Of a stretch of 64,000 nt of DNA, positions 26,241 through 38,478 are shown in pieces. The DNA lies in the NCBI RefSeq assembly GCF_030144855.1, contig NC_082711.1, forward strand, positions 169,012,001-169,076,000, in the 5' to 3' direction. This DNA is from Hypanus sabinus (taxonomy: Eukaryota). A program made the position numbers and the translations under genes. The number at the start of each line of letters is the position of its first letter. The first letter of the stretch is position 1. The notes beneath the pieces were generated by a model. That model worked only from the letters and a program-made list of their open reading frames with translations. It searched no databases and was not told where the DNA came from.

Positions 26241-27774
26241 TAATGTATAATGTTTCAGTCTGTGGTTTACCCATCAAAACTGTTTCTGACTTTGATGCAG
26301 TAAGCATTACTAAAGAGCGTATTTGCAGTGGATACCAATCAAAATAATGGCTTGTTCTGCATCTCGTTACTGTAAACACGGAAAGAGAAAACAACACACA
26401 CATCAACTTGAACCGACAACTTCCTGTTCAAATTAGTAATGTGACCTTGAATCTGGATTTCTTTTAAAACCTGCAGCATTAATATCCATAGCATTACCCG
26501 TTTTCATTTATAAAGTAACATCTGCTTCTCTGATCGTCTTCGGGAAAGGAATTCTGTTGTCTTTGCCCAGATTGGCCCACATCTGACTGCAGTCTAACTG
26601 TCCAGGACCCAGAGGTAAAGGTTAGCTGTATTTGTCATGTGTACATTGAAACAGTAAAATATGTTATTTGCATCAAATCTAATCAGCAAGGATTGTGTTG
26701 GGCAGCTCGTAAGTGACAGCACGCTCATGGCACCACAGAGCATGGCCACAACTCACTAATCCTAACCGAATTGTGGGCAGAAACTGGAGCATTTGGAGAA
26801 AACCCTCGTGGTCAGGGAGAGAAAATACAAGCTCTTTACAGACAGTGGAAGGAATTAAACCCTGATCTTACAGCTGGTGCTGTAAAGTGTTGTGCTAACA
26901 GCTACACTGCCGTGCTGCCCCATGCAGAAGGAGGAGCAGTTCACTTTCTTTTTGTACTGCATTTGGCATTCACAATGTGGTTACTGTGTACTGGAGAAAC
27001 CAAACACACTGGGTGATTGTGTTGCAGAGCAATTCTGTTAATTCAGCTGGGATGACCCTGAGCTTTCAGTTTCCTGCCACATTAATTCTCCACTCACTCC
27101 GACCTTTCTAGCTGTTGCCTTTTCCACTGTTTCAACATGAGCCTAAGGAACAGTGCCTTGTTGGGGCTTTTAGGATTTCACGGAATAGACCTACATTTTG
27201 CAGCTTGCTTGCTCAACCTCCATCTTCCTACTTCAGTTTCTTATATTCATACATTTTTAGATGTATGAATATAAGAAACCGAAGCAGGAAAATGCCAGGT
27301 TCCAGTTGTGTGATAAATTTTCCTTCAGTCTGATCTATTTGAACTGGGAGTTGAAACAATTCTCTTCCAAGTGCTTCAGTATGTTTCCACTTCCCAAAGT
27401 AGCCTTCTATTCCATTATTCTTATTTTGATTACACCCCAGGATTCTTGACCATAGAGTAACCCACCCTAATATTTGCTAGATCAAAAACAGCTGTATAAT
27501 TCCCAAAGTAACACTATAGCATCATTATAACAAATGCAAAATTTCAAAAACAGATCCATTTCACAGTAATTAAGGGTATAATATAAAGGCGATCATTGAC
27601 TGTGTTGCTTCCTTCCCATAAATAAATAACAGGAGTATCTTTTAATCATATGATCTTGGTTACTTAATCTGCTGGAAATAACAATTATTTTGGCTTTATA
27701 TGTGAAATGATTTTTTTAAAATTCCTAAATAAAAGTGTATTTCCTTAACCTAACAACCTAAAGTGTGCAATTAG

Positions 27775-28680
27775 AGACACAAGATACTGAAGAAGTCGAA
27801 AGCTGGAGCTTAAAAAAAACATGAAGGAACTCAACAGGTCAGGCAGCATCTATGAAAGCAGAGGGATGGGACTCTTCATCCCAAATGAAACTGGAGAGGA
27901 GGTAGCCAGAAAAAAGAGCTGTGAGGAGGGGTTGGTTGATGAGAAGAGGAGGCAGAGGAATGGAGATGGAGACAGTACAGGGATGGGGAGGGGGGAGTAG
28001 GAGAGTGGCTGGTAGTGATATGTCAACACAGATAAGGCAAAAGAAATGGTGAGGGTGGTAGGTGGTATTAGATAAGGGGGAGGGAGTGACAGATGGGGGA
28101 GGGAAGGAAGTGGACAGAGGCAGATGCTGCAATCTGCTAAGTGGGAGATGATGGGCAGATGGAACCAGTTGTGGAAGGGATAAGAGACATGTTATACAGA
28201 TAGGCAGGTGGAAATGGGTGAGGTGAAGGAAACTGGGTAAGGAAAGCTGGAGGTGGGGAGGTATTTGATAAAAGCTGGAGTCAACAACTTGGGTAGGAGG
28301 AAGGAACATGAAATCGGATGCTTGGAACTGAAAAGGTCAATGTTACATAAAAACATACAGCTCAATACAGGCCCTTTGGTCCACAAAGCTGTTCGTACCC
28401 TGTTTTCCCTCTCCTCATATTGTCTCCACCTATCATCCATTGGCCACTGTCTCACACTCTATCCCTTTCCCCTCTCACACACCTGAATCCATCTGCTTGT
28501 CACCCTCCCTAATCCCCCTGGTCCTACCTTGCTTCAGCTCTCCCTCTCAGTGCCTGACACTGGCTATTTCCCCTCAACATTCTCTGTCCTGATGCAGGGT
28601 CTAAACCCAAAACATCAACCTTTCCTGTGCCTCCGCAGATGCTCCCTGACCTGTCGGGTTCCTCAAGCAGTTTAAATTTT
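27775..28680. mobile_element. Two oppositely oriented degenerate Penelope-like 3' fragments
   Basis: Purine-rich (-) then pyrimidine-rich (+) blocks ending in the same terminal motif; degraded GTC-CTGATGC..AAAAC at about 28586-28615. Confidence 0.55.
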
Positions 28681-28891
28681 GCAATCAGATTTTACATTTA
28701 TTTTATCATTTATTGGTTTAATGAACATTATTACATAGGAACTTGTCACAACAGTGAAAAAAAGCATCATTCTAGAATTAAATACAAAATATTTTCTCAA
28801 TTAATAAAAGGAAAGGAAAACACAGTTTACTGAAAGTGCATCTACCAAAATGATTTGTAACAATGCAAAATAAACTTATTCAACAAGCTAC

Positions 28892-29012
28892 ACACACAAA
28901 ACGCTGGTGGAACGCAGCAGGCCAGGCAGCATCCATAAGAAGAAGTACAGTTGACGTTTCGGGCCGAGACCTTTCATCAGGACTAACTGGTCTTTTCTCA
29001 TGTTTGTGTTTT
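28892..29012 (-). mobile_element. 121-bp Penelope-terminus mini-element with hammerhead core
   Basis: 16-bp TSD TTATTCAACAAGCTAC at 28876-28891 and 29013-29028; minus strand AGTC-CTGATGA-AAGGTCTCGGCCC-GAAAC-GTC-AACT at 28949-28984. Confidence 0.85.
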
Positions 29013-29042
29013 TTATTCAACAAGCTACTTAGTTTGTGTATA

Positions 29043-29558
29043 CATTCAGTGGCCACTAAAAGTACATTCATGGTCTTCTGCTGCTGTAGCTCATCCACTT
29101 CTATGTTTGACATGTTGTGCATTCAGAGGTGCTCTTCTACATGCCCATGTTGTAATGTGCAGTTATTTTAGTTACTGTCACCTTCATGTGAGCTTGACCC
29201 GTCTGGTCATTCTCCTCTGACCTCTCATTAACAAGGCGATTTTGCCTGCAGAACTGGAGTTTTTGTTTTTTGTGCCATTCTCTGTAAACTCTAGGAACTG
29301 TTGTGTGAGAAAATTGCAGGAGATCAGCAGTTTTTGAGATACTCAAACCACCATGTGTGGCCCCATCAACCATTCCACGGTCAAAGTCATTTAGATCACA
29401 TTTCTTCCGATTCTGATGGTTGGTCTGAACAACAACTGAACCTCTTGACCACGTTTGCATGCTTTTATGCATCTGGCAGCTGCCATATGATTGGCTGATT
29501 AGATATTTGCATGAACGAGTAGGTATAAAGGTGTATCTAATAAAATGGCCACTGAGTG
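29043..29558 (-). mobile_element. Tc1/mariner internal-deletion derivative
   Basis: TIRs CATTCAGTGGCCA.. / ..TGGCCACTGAGTG with TA on the left flank; ORF 29137-29586 contains a Tc1 N-terminal HTH-like segment (DLNDFDRGMV..GLSISKTADLLQFSHTTVPRVYREW). Confidence 0.85.
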
Positions 29559-29989
29559 AAAGCATACATAAATAAAGAATACTCATTGTTCTATTGTCTT
29601 GTTACAGTAACATTTTGATCTTAACATAACTGCATGCAATTAAAATCAAACGGAAAAGAGAATCCATGCAGGAAATCAGATGTTATAGGTGAACAGTCAA
29701 CATTCTAAAGAGCAATTTAGGTCAGAGTTTGAATGCCTCCCTTTACAAGAATGAACTTACAATTCTGCGATACTTGGCACAGGAATTGAGGATAGCTACA
29801 AAGACCCGTAGACTTACAGAAATGGTCTGACCAGCGTCCCTGACATGAACATTTGGGAAAACATCCCTTAAATCAACGTTGCTGAACGTGTTACTATGTT
29901 CCGTTTGATCTATAGGATTTAGACATTTGGATAGTTGTTCCGACTTTCCAAAGTGGGACTGTGGACTATTAGCTCATTGATAAATATTG

Positions 29990-30556
29990 ATCAAGAAAAC
30001 ACAGCAGCGGCTCCACTTCCTGAGAAGAATGAGATGAGTGAGGCTTCTGCTGACTCATTTAATGAAGTTTTACAGGACCACCTACATCGCTGTCTGACTG
30101 CAAGCCAATGCAAAGGATTGTGAGGACCACAGGGAGGATCATCAGGTTCTGTCTTCCACCTGTTAGAGATATTTACCAGGAATGCTGCATAAACAGGGCC
30201 CTTAGCATTGACAATGATTCCTTCCCATCCAGCCAGCTGTCTCTTTGATTCCCTACCACCAGGGAGGAGTTGCCATAGCATTAGGGCAAGAACTGTTAGG
30301 GTACGAAACAGCTTCTTCCCAAGCTGTAAGACTCCTGAACACCCTGTCAACACCCAGGTCTCATCATACGTGAAGTGCCAGCAGCGTTACACTTTTCTTG
30401 TTAAGTTGTATATACACGTTATTATTTATTAATTAATTTGTGGTGATATTGTTTGTGAGTTACATGTACTGTGTTGTGCACCTTGGTCTGGAGGAATGCT
30501 GTTTCGTTTGGCGGTATACGTGTGCATGGCTGAATGACAATTAACTGAACTTGAAA
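29990..30556 (+). mobile_element. Rex1/Babar-like LINE 3' fragment
   Basis: HPASCLFDSLPPGR..SIRARTVRVRNSFFP motif and (GAACTT)n-like tail. Confidence 0.7.
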
Positions 30557-31059
30557 TTAGAAGATCATAGATTATTACTTTCTTCAGCCTGATACCTTTG
30601 AACTGATGTTGCCATTAATTTGTCTGTGGATGTGGACCCCGAGGCCGATTGCCATTGATAGACCACTTGCTCAGCTGATGAGGGTCAAACTTTGTACGTT
30701 ATTCCCTGCTTGGAAATAAAAGGGCAAGAGGAAGGGATTGAGTGGTTGGTGGTGGTTCAGGAGGGGAACGGAAAAGAAACTGGATTGGGCAAAAGTCCAC
30801 TGGCTTTGCGTTTGACCCCATTGTAGGCAAGACTATTTTCTTACATTGCTGAAGGTCGTTACGGAAAAAGAGTGCAAAGCAGAACACTGCTCTCGTTATT
30901 TTATAAACAGAGAAGTCTGGAAAGACTCATCACCTGTGGGAAGAGAAACAGTTGCACTTTCAAGGAAGGATCTTTGACACAACTGGAAAAATGAGATTAA
31001 AGAATGCTGCAAAGAAGACAACAGATTAACGATAATGATTAGCTTCATTTGTCACATGT

Positions 31060-31273
31060 TGATGCACCATCAATAACTCACACTGAGACGTAAGGCGAGA
31101 TATCGGCTTTTATTGACTGGAAGAAGGAACCAGGAGTGAGTGTCCATCATGCAATGTCTTGGAGACTGAGGCCGAGCGTCAGGCCGCAGATCGCCTTTAT
31201 ACAGGGGCCTGTGGGAGGAGCCACAGGAGCAGTCAGCAGGGGGAGTGTCCAGACAGGCACATAGTTCACCACA
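31060..31273 (-). mobile_element. Short solo LTR (214 bp), family B
   Basis: TG...CA termini; 5-bp TSD CATGT at 31055-31059 and 31274-31278; TATAAAG and AATAAA on the minus strand; homologous to 51257-51450. Confidence 0.85.
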
Positions 31274-32235
31274 CATGTATATTAAGACATACAGTGAAAT
31301 GCACTGTTTGCATCAATTCAGCTAAGATCCTGTTGGAGTAAGCCCACAAGTGTTGCCGCACTTGCGGCACCAGCATAGCAAACCTACAGCTTGCTAACCG
31401 TAACTGTGCAGCTCTGGAATGTGGAAGGACCCTGGCCAGAAGGAGAAGGTAGAAACTGCTTACCGATGGCAGTGGGAATTGAACCTCAATTCGTGAGTGC
31501 TGGTGCTGGCACTGTAAAAACAATGTGGTAATCACCATGCGACTGTGACAGACAAGAGGGCCCGGACAAAGGAGATATCTGGGGTAGACACCGTCAAATG
31601 GTTGAAGGGGTATCTAGGTGATTAGCCCTTGTGGTATGTGTTGTGAATATGAGGCTGTAGATCTGCCCAACATCTTCAGGTCACATTAGTAAAGAAAGAA
31701 AAACTCAGTCAATATCACAAATGTATAAAATACAGCAGAAATAGTTTGATTTTCTCTATCAGTTGTTACAGCATGATCTGCCGTGCAGATATTACTGTCC
31801 CACCAGTGACAGAAACCCAGGCAAAAAGTATCATCAGCCTGTACCTCCCCTTTTTGATCTGACTTCACTTTATCAGTTATTTTTGTTGTCCTGTCCATCC
31901 CTTCCAGCCCTCTTTCTTGTATCTTAGAATCACCGTTTTGATTTCTCTCTTTCCCAGTTCTGATGAAGGGAGTCCAAATTGCTGCCATCAGGGAGAAGTT
32001 ACAGGAGCCTCAGAAGGCACACCACCAGGTTCAGGAAGAGGTATTGTCCTTCAATCATCAGGCTCTTGAACTAGAGGGGATAACTTCACTCACCCCATCA
32101 CTGAACTGTTCCCACAACCTATAGACTCATTTTCAAGGAGTCTTTATCACGTTCTTATTTCATTTTTTTTTTCTTTTCATATTAGCACTGTTCGTTGCCT
32201 TTTGCAAATTGGTTGTCCGCTCTGTTGGTGTGTTC

Positions 32236-32238
<3 letters not shown>

Positions 32239-32274
<36 letters not shown>
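32239..32274. repeat. (TA)n microsatellite
   Basis: About 17 perfect AT units. Confidence 0.95.
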
Positions 32275-32275
<1 letters not shown>

Positions 32276-32628
32276 TTTGATAATACACTTACTCTGAACT
32301 CTGAAACATTAACTGTTTCTCTTTTCACAGATGTTGTCTGGGTTGCAGGGCATCTCTAGGATTTCCTACTTTTATTTTAGACTTCCCATACATCTGCACC
32401 TTATTTACAAGCCTACTGTTGTGACCCTTAGGCTGATAACTTTACCTGAAAGTGCTATCTCACAAAAGAAGTTTCTTTTTATGAATATCCTAATCCACTC
32501 TAACATATAATTCTATTGTAAAATTGCTCGAAGACTTTGTGTTGTAATTAAGTAAAATTATAAAGTAGTGATGGCCCAAATTTCACTGGGAAAATGGAAA
32601 ATGATTCTCTGAATGGTAGTGGAAACTG

Positions 32629-32879
32629 TTATTGCCTCTTCTTTCCATTGAAGGAATTATACCGTTGGCTGTAAAGCATAGTTAGCAGAATCATAACCGG
32701 GATTAGTAAATAGGGACTATATATAGCTAAGAGCGATAAACGCTCTGACAGAGTATTTGGTCCTGGAAACATTGATTTTGAGAAATCGTTAAACAGAATA
32801 TGACCAAGGATTGAAATGACTGTTGTAGCCACATGTGTGGAGTACACAATGGCTGGTGTTCTTATCCACGGACAACTTC
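32629..32879 (-). CDS. TMEM97: TMEM97 (sigma-2 receptor) exon 3 (last)
   Basis: tttatttacag| acceptor; GSCPWIRTPAIVYSTHVATT..LSERLSLLAIYSPYLLIP..YNSFNGKKRQ-stop; C-terminal KKxx ER-retrieval-type motif; 251 nt. Confidence 0.95.
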
Positions 32880-34195
32880 CTGTAAATAAAGAGAATATAG
32901 AAAGCATTATTTTATAAATTCTGTCTCTCTGTGGTGTGTACTTAAAAGTTATTCTAGACATCAACTTCAAATGATAAAAGAAAAATCACACTATAATGAA
33001 GAGGTTCTGCATCAGTTGTCCTTTAATTGAGGTTACTTATTAGTTCTCAATATTATTTATTACATCTCAGTTGTCCTTCAACCAAGATTTTTTAAATTCT
33101 CAATACTGTTGATTACTTATTCATTTTTTGTTTCTTTTACATTTCCACATTTTGGTCTTCTTTTGCACATTGGTTGTTAGTCTGTCTTTGTGTGTACTTT
33201 TTCGTTGATTCTATTGTATTTCACTGCACCTACTGTGAATGTTCTCAAAATGAATCTCGGAGTAGTATATCATGATATGTATGTACTTTAATAACAAATT
33301 CACTTTGAACTTTGATTTTTTAAGATGATAGGGTTTAATGTTTGAGGCTGCCATAGAGTTTGTGATGTATTTGTATGCCCACGATGACACACACGCTGAA
33401 TTTATTTCCGATTTATTTATTTACTGAGATACAGTGTGGACTAGGCCCTTCTGAGATGCGCCACCCAGCAATACCCCAATTTTACCCTAACCTAATTACG
33501 AGATCATTTACAATGACCAATTAACCTACCAGCCAGTATGTCTTTGCACTGTGGGAGGAAACTGGAGAACATGTAAATTTACTTTATATACACTTCAGAG
33601 CTAACTGTAAGAAAGTGCAGCGCTAAAGGAAATTACACCAAGCCATCCCTTATAACAGGTGCATCTATCTCACCTCTCATGACCACTTGAGATTTCAGTG
33701 TACTTCAGAGATACTGAAATGTTTATAATGTTATGTAGGGATCACAGCAGCAGATTTGTGCACAGCAAGTCCACACAAACAGCCATGGAATTATCTTTCT
33801 TTTTGCAAAGGTTGCTAGAGATGAATATTGGTGAGAAGACTGAGATTAATTGCCCTGACTTTCTTTGAAAGAAAGCCACAGGAAACATTAAGGCAGAAGT
33901 GAACCGCATTGGATTGATTGGGAGGATATGGCAAGCGTGCAGATTGATCATGTGAGCCTGTGGGATCATGTGATCGCGTGGGAGGCACTCTCTCTTTTGG
34001 TGATGGGCTTTCCAGTGTGCATATTTTCTGTCTCGGCAAGCTTGGTGTGTAGCTCCCGCTCTGCAAATTACCCAGGGTGCACAGTGGCTAACATGGCTCA
34101 GTACAAATGTTAAATCCTACTGCTCCGTTGTTGTTCTTGCTCTGGGCAAATGTAACAACCAGGACAGTGATAAGGCCATAGTTTAATAAATGAAC

Positions 34196-34292
34196 GATAC
34201 CTCTGGCAGTGCAGCACTCCCTCAGTACTGCACTGGACTGTCAGTCATATTCAAACTCAGGCTTTGGAATGGGACTTCAACTCACCAACTTT
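34196..34292 (-). mobile_element. Fragment of an ancient Deu-domain-type SINE (SacSINE1/AmnSINE-like)
   Basis: CAGTGCAGCACTCCCTCAGTACTGCACTGG..TGTCAG..GGAATGGGACTT resembles that family as remembered; not verified by search. Confidence 0.55.
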
Positions 34293-34344
34293 TAAACAGG
34301 GAATTATTTTATTAAGTTTGGTATGACTGGTAAAACCAATATTG

Positions 34345-34552
34345 CGTGGCACAGCAGCGTAGAAGTCAGTGTAACACTATTACAGCACCAGCGACTCGGG
34401 TTCAATTCCGCCACTGTCTCTAAAGAGTTTGGACGATCTCCCCATGACTACGTGGGTTTCTAGGGATGTACAAGTTAGTAGGTTATTTGATCACATGGGC
34501 GTGGGCTGATTAGATCTGAAAAGCCTGTTACTGTGCTGATTCTCCAAATTAA
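34345..34552 (+). mobile_element. V-type/HE1-like SINE
   Basis: GGGTTCAATTCC B-box, CCCATGACTACGTGGGTTTC; same family as 1-220. Confidence 0.7.
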
Positions 34553-34954
34553 ATACCCCATCTGTATTCCTTACAGTAACATTCACAGTATGAGGAAAAA
34601 GCAAAGGGAATGACAATATTTCTGTCTTTAACAGTTCCCATATTTTGCACAGCAGAGCTACCTTCTTCCCAAAATATTTGTAAATGGCATGAAAGATATA
34701 CCACTGAGGCTGAAAGCCGATAAACTTATCAAGAGCAATACCCAGTGATCAAGAATAAACTGTACCCTCAGTTCCCTGTGATTAGAGTTTGCTTCAGATT
34801 ACAAAGTATTATACTGTTAAATGTAAAACATACACATAGAGGGTTAAAGGTAACAGTTGTGATGACTTTTTTCTTAAGGTTTAAACACAATATCTTAAGA
34901 ACCTTTCGATTTCCTGCCACAGATCTGTCAAATGGTTCAACTGTTATAACGAAC

Positions 34955-35230
34955 GCCACGGTAATGTATGGTTAGTGTAGCACTATTACGCCTTGGGGCG
35001 TTCAATTCTGGAGCTGTCTGTAAGGAGCTTGTACCCTGTGAACTATGTGGCTTGCTCCACTGGAGTGCTCCAGTTTCTGTCCACATTCCAAAGACAAACA
35101 GTTAGGATTAGTGGGTTAATTAGTCATTGTAAATTGTCCTGTGCTAAACAGATAGGTTGCTGGGCAGTGAGGCTTGTTGGACTGGAAGGGCCTGTTCTGC
35201 ACTACATCACTAAATAAATAAACAAACAAA
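34955..35230 (+). mobile_element. V-type/HE1-like SINE
   Basis: GTGCTCCAGTTTC..CACATTCCAAAGAC, GGACTGGAAGGGCCTGTT, (AAAT/AAAC)n tail. Confidence 0.7.
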
Positions 35231-35955
35231 CCGACAAGCAAATTAATGTACCAGATATAAAGCTCAAGATTAGTGGCTCAGTCCTATGTATCTTCTCTAC
35301 CCCTCCCTCCTAGTCACCTCTGAGCTATCAGCTTCAGACAAGGAGATAGCCAGATATCTGAAGCCCGGCTCTGATCAGCAGTTCCTTCAGAAAAGCCTCT
35401 GCTTTCATCCTTTCCATTAAGAGTTGGTGTCTGTCGTATTTTCTTTACCAATTACTTACAGTACAGTAATCAATAAAAAAATCACAGGATTCCCAACTCA
35501 GGCCATCATCATAACGATTCCCAAAACGAAAGGGTATAGTTATCCTAGATCTGGATCTGGAATGACTTACAAGTACTTGGGATGAGAGGCTTGTCTATAA
35601 GAGCATAAGTCATAGGAACGGAATTAGACCGTTCATCCATTCTGTCAAATCGTCTCCATCATTTCATCATGGCTGATCCCAGATCCCACTAACCCTGTAC
35701 ACCTGTCCTCTCGCCATATCTCCTGATGCCCTGACCAGTCAGGGATCAATCCACTTCCGCTTTAAATATAGGCATGGACTTGGCCTCCAACGCAGTCTGT
35801 GACAAAGCATTTCACAAATTCACCACTCTTTGGCTAAAAAGATTCCTGTTCTAAAAGGTCGCCCCTCAATTTTGAGGCTGTGCTCTCTAGTTCTGGACAC
35901 CCCCACCATAGGAAACATCCTCTCCACATCCCCCCTATCTAGGTCCTTTCAACAT

Positions 35956-37360
35956 TGTGGAGACAAAGTGTCAACTGACATCTTTTGTAAACCTACTGAT
36001 TCCCAGAGGTACCTTGACTATACCTCTTCCCACCCTATCTCCTGTAGAAATGCTGTTTTTTACCTCAGTTTCTTTGCCCCCGCTGCATCAGTTCCCAGGA
36101 TGTGGCTTTCTATTCCAGGACACAGAGGTGTCCTCCTTCTTTAAAGAATAGAGTTTCCCTCCCTCAACTATTGCCGCTGTCCTCAGCCACATCGCCTCCA
36201 TTTCCCATACATCCACACTCACCCCATCTTCCTGCCACCTCAATAGTGATAGAGCTCTTCTTGCCCTTACCTACCACCCCTTCAGACTCTGCAACGTCTG
36301 CCATCTCCAATGCAATTTTACCACCAAGCATATCTTTACCGCCCCCCGCCTCCACTTTCCACAGGGATCTGTCCCTCTGCAATTCCCTTGTCCGTTCATC
36401 CCTCCAGGTACTTATCCTTGCAAGAGGCCTAAATACTACACTCTGCCCCTACACCTCCTCCCTCACCTCCATTCAAGGCCCCAACCGGTCCTTCCAGGCG
36501 AGGCAACACTTCACCTGCCAATCTGCTGGGGTCGTCTTTTGTGTCCGGTGCTCCCGATGCGGCCTCCTCTACATTGGTGAGACCCGTCGTAAGTTGGAGG
36601 ACCGCTGCGTCAAGCGCCTCCGCCTTAAGCAGGATTTCCCGCTGGCCAAACATTTAAATTCCTAATCCCATTCCTGATCCGACATGTCAGTCCATAGCCT
36701 CCACAAGCTCCATGATGAGGCCACCCTTGGGATTGAGGAACAACATCTTATATTCCAAGGCAACACGAGTGAATCTGCAGATGCTGGAAATAAATAAAAA
36801 CACAAATTGCTGGCAGAACTCAGCAGGCCAGACAGCATCTATGGGAGGAGGTAGTGACGACGTTTCCTGATGAAGGGTTTCGGCCCGAAACGTCGTCACT
36901 ACCTCCTCCCATAGATGCTGTCTGGCCTGCTGAGTTCTGCCAGCATTTTGTGTTTTTATCTTATATTCCATCTGGGTAGACACCAGCCTGACGCATGAAT
37001 ATAGATTTCTACTTTCAGTAAAACAAATTCCCCCCCCACCCCCTTTCCTCTATCACTCTCTCTGACCTTTTCCTTCTCACCTCCCTGATTCCCCTCCTCC
37101 TTCCACTTCTCCTATTGTCCACTCTCCTGTGCTATCAGGTTCCTTCCTCTCTAGCCCTTGACCTTTCCCTCCCACCTGGTTTTGTCTATCACCTTCCAAC
37201 TAGCCCCTTTCCCCTCCCCTCACCTTTTTGTTCTGGACCTTCCCCCTTCCGTCTCAGTCCTGAGGAGGGGCCTGAGACACGGCCTGGCCTGCTGAGTTGC
37301 TCCAGTGTTGTGTGAGTTGCTTTGGATTTCCAGCATCTGCAGACTTCGTCCTGTTTGTGA
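35956..37360 (+). mobile_element. Penelope-like element (RT thumb region, GIY-YIG endonuclease, 3' terminus), degenerate
   Basis: STDIFCKPTDSQRYLDYTSSHP and GVVFCVRCSRCGLLYIGETRRKLEDR motifs in ORFs 35830-36144 and 36102-36665. Confidence 0.9.
36758..36957. mobile_element. 200-bp hairpin mini-element with hammerhead core, nested in the Penelope element
   Basis: 13-bp TSD ATCTTATATTCCA at 36745-36757 and 36958-36970; about 73-bp near-perfect inverted arms around a 20-nt loop CTGATGAAGGGTTTCGGCCC. Confidence 0.9.
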
Positions 37361-37910
37361 CTAGCCATTGTAAATCGTCCTGTGATTAGGCTGAGGTCAA
37401 ATAGATGGGTTGCTGGGCATTGCAGCTCAACGGTCTGCTCTATGCCATGTCTCTAAATACTGTAAGTAAAAATGGGTACCTCCAACCCATCTGCAGAGAT
37501 TTGCTTCTGAGTGAATCATTTTGTTTGCTCATTACAACAGAGGGTTTGCTAAATCAGTTTAGGATTGTGAACAACTTTGCTTTTCACGCCAAGCCTACGG
37601 ACCGTTTCATTACATCAGTGCGTTGAGGGAGTACAAAGAGAAAAGCAATACCAGAATGCAGAACGACGTGTTACAGTTACAGATGAGAGAGGTAGTCAGG
37701 TCAAAGGCCCATCCTATTGTACAAGGTGTCATTCGGCATGGCAGAATAAAGGCATGGTAGGCTCTGGAACAGGACAGTACAGCACAGTACAAACTCATTG
37801 GCCAACAATATTGTTTTGACCTAGCTTCTAACTGCCGATGGCGCAATTTGTTCTCTTTTTTTGAACTTTTGAGTGTTTGATATTTTTGTTTGACATTTTG
37901 AGTGTTTGAT

Positions 37911-38343
37911 AGAAACGTAGAAAACCTACAGCACAATACAGGCCCTTCGGCCCACACAGTTGTGCCGAACATGTCCCTATCTTAGAAATTACTAGGCTTA
38001 CCTATAGCCCTCTATTTTACTAAGCTCCATGTACCTATCCAAAAGTCTCTTAAAAGACCCTATTGTATCCGCCTCCACCACCGTTGCCGGCAGCCCATTC
38101 CACGCACTCACCACTCTCTGCGTAAAACACTTACCCCTGACATCTCCTCTGTACCTACTCCCCAGCACCTTAAACCTGTGTCCTCTTCTGGCAACCATTT
38201 CAGCCCTGGGAAAAAGCCTCTGACTATCCACATGATCGATGCCTCTCATCATCTTGTACACCTCTATCAGGTCACCTCTCATCCTCTGTTGCTCCAAGGA
38301 GAAAAGGCCGAGTTCACTCAACCTATTCTCATAAGGCATGCTC
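37911..38343 (-). mobile_element. CR1 LINE 3' fragment, little diverged
   Basis: Uninterrupted ORF 37998-38378 (LGLFSLEQQRMRGDLIEVYK..FTQRVVSAWNGLP..FKRLLDRYM). Confidence 0.9.
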
Positions 38344-38478
38344 TGTGGGAAGATGAATCTCAGGGTTGTACACTGCATACATACTTTGATAATAAATGTA
38401 CTTTGAACCTTTTGAATTTTAACTGTGCAATATGAAAGAATGATAAAGAATGAATTACCAGGAATTACTTCTTCCTGC

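Noticed and set aside
34345-34415. tRNA gene
   Set aside because: A B-box-like motif is present, but it is the head of a SINE with no complete cloverleaf.
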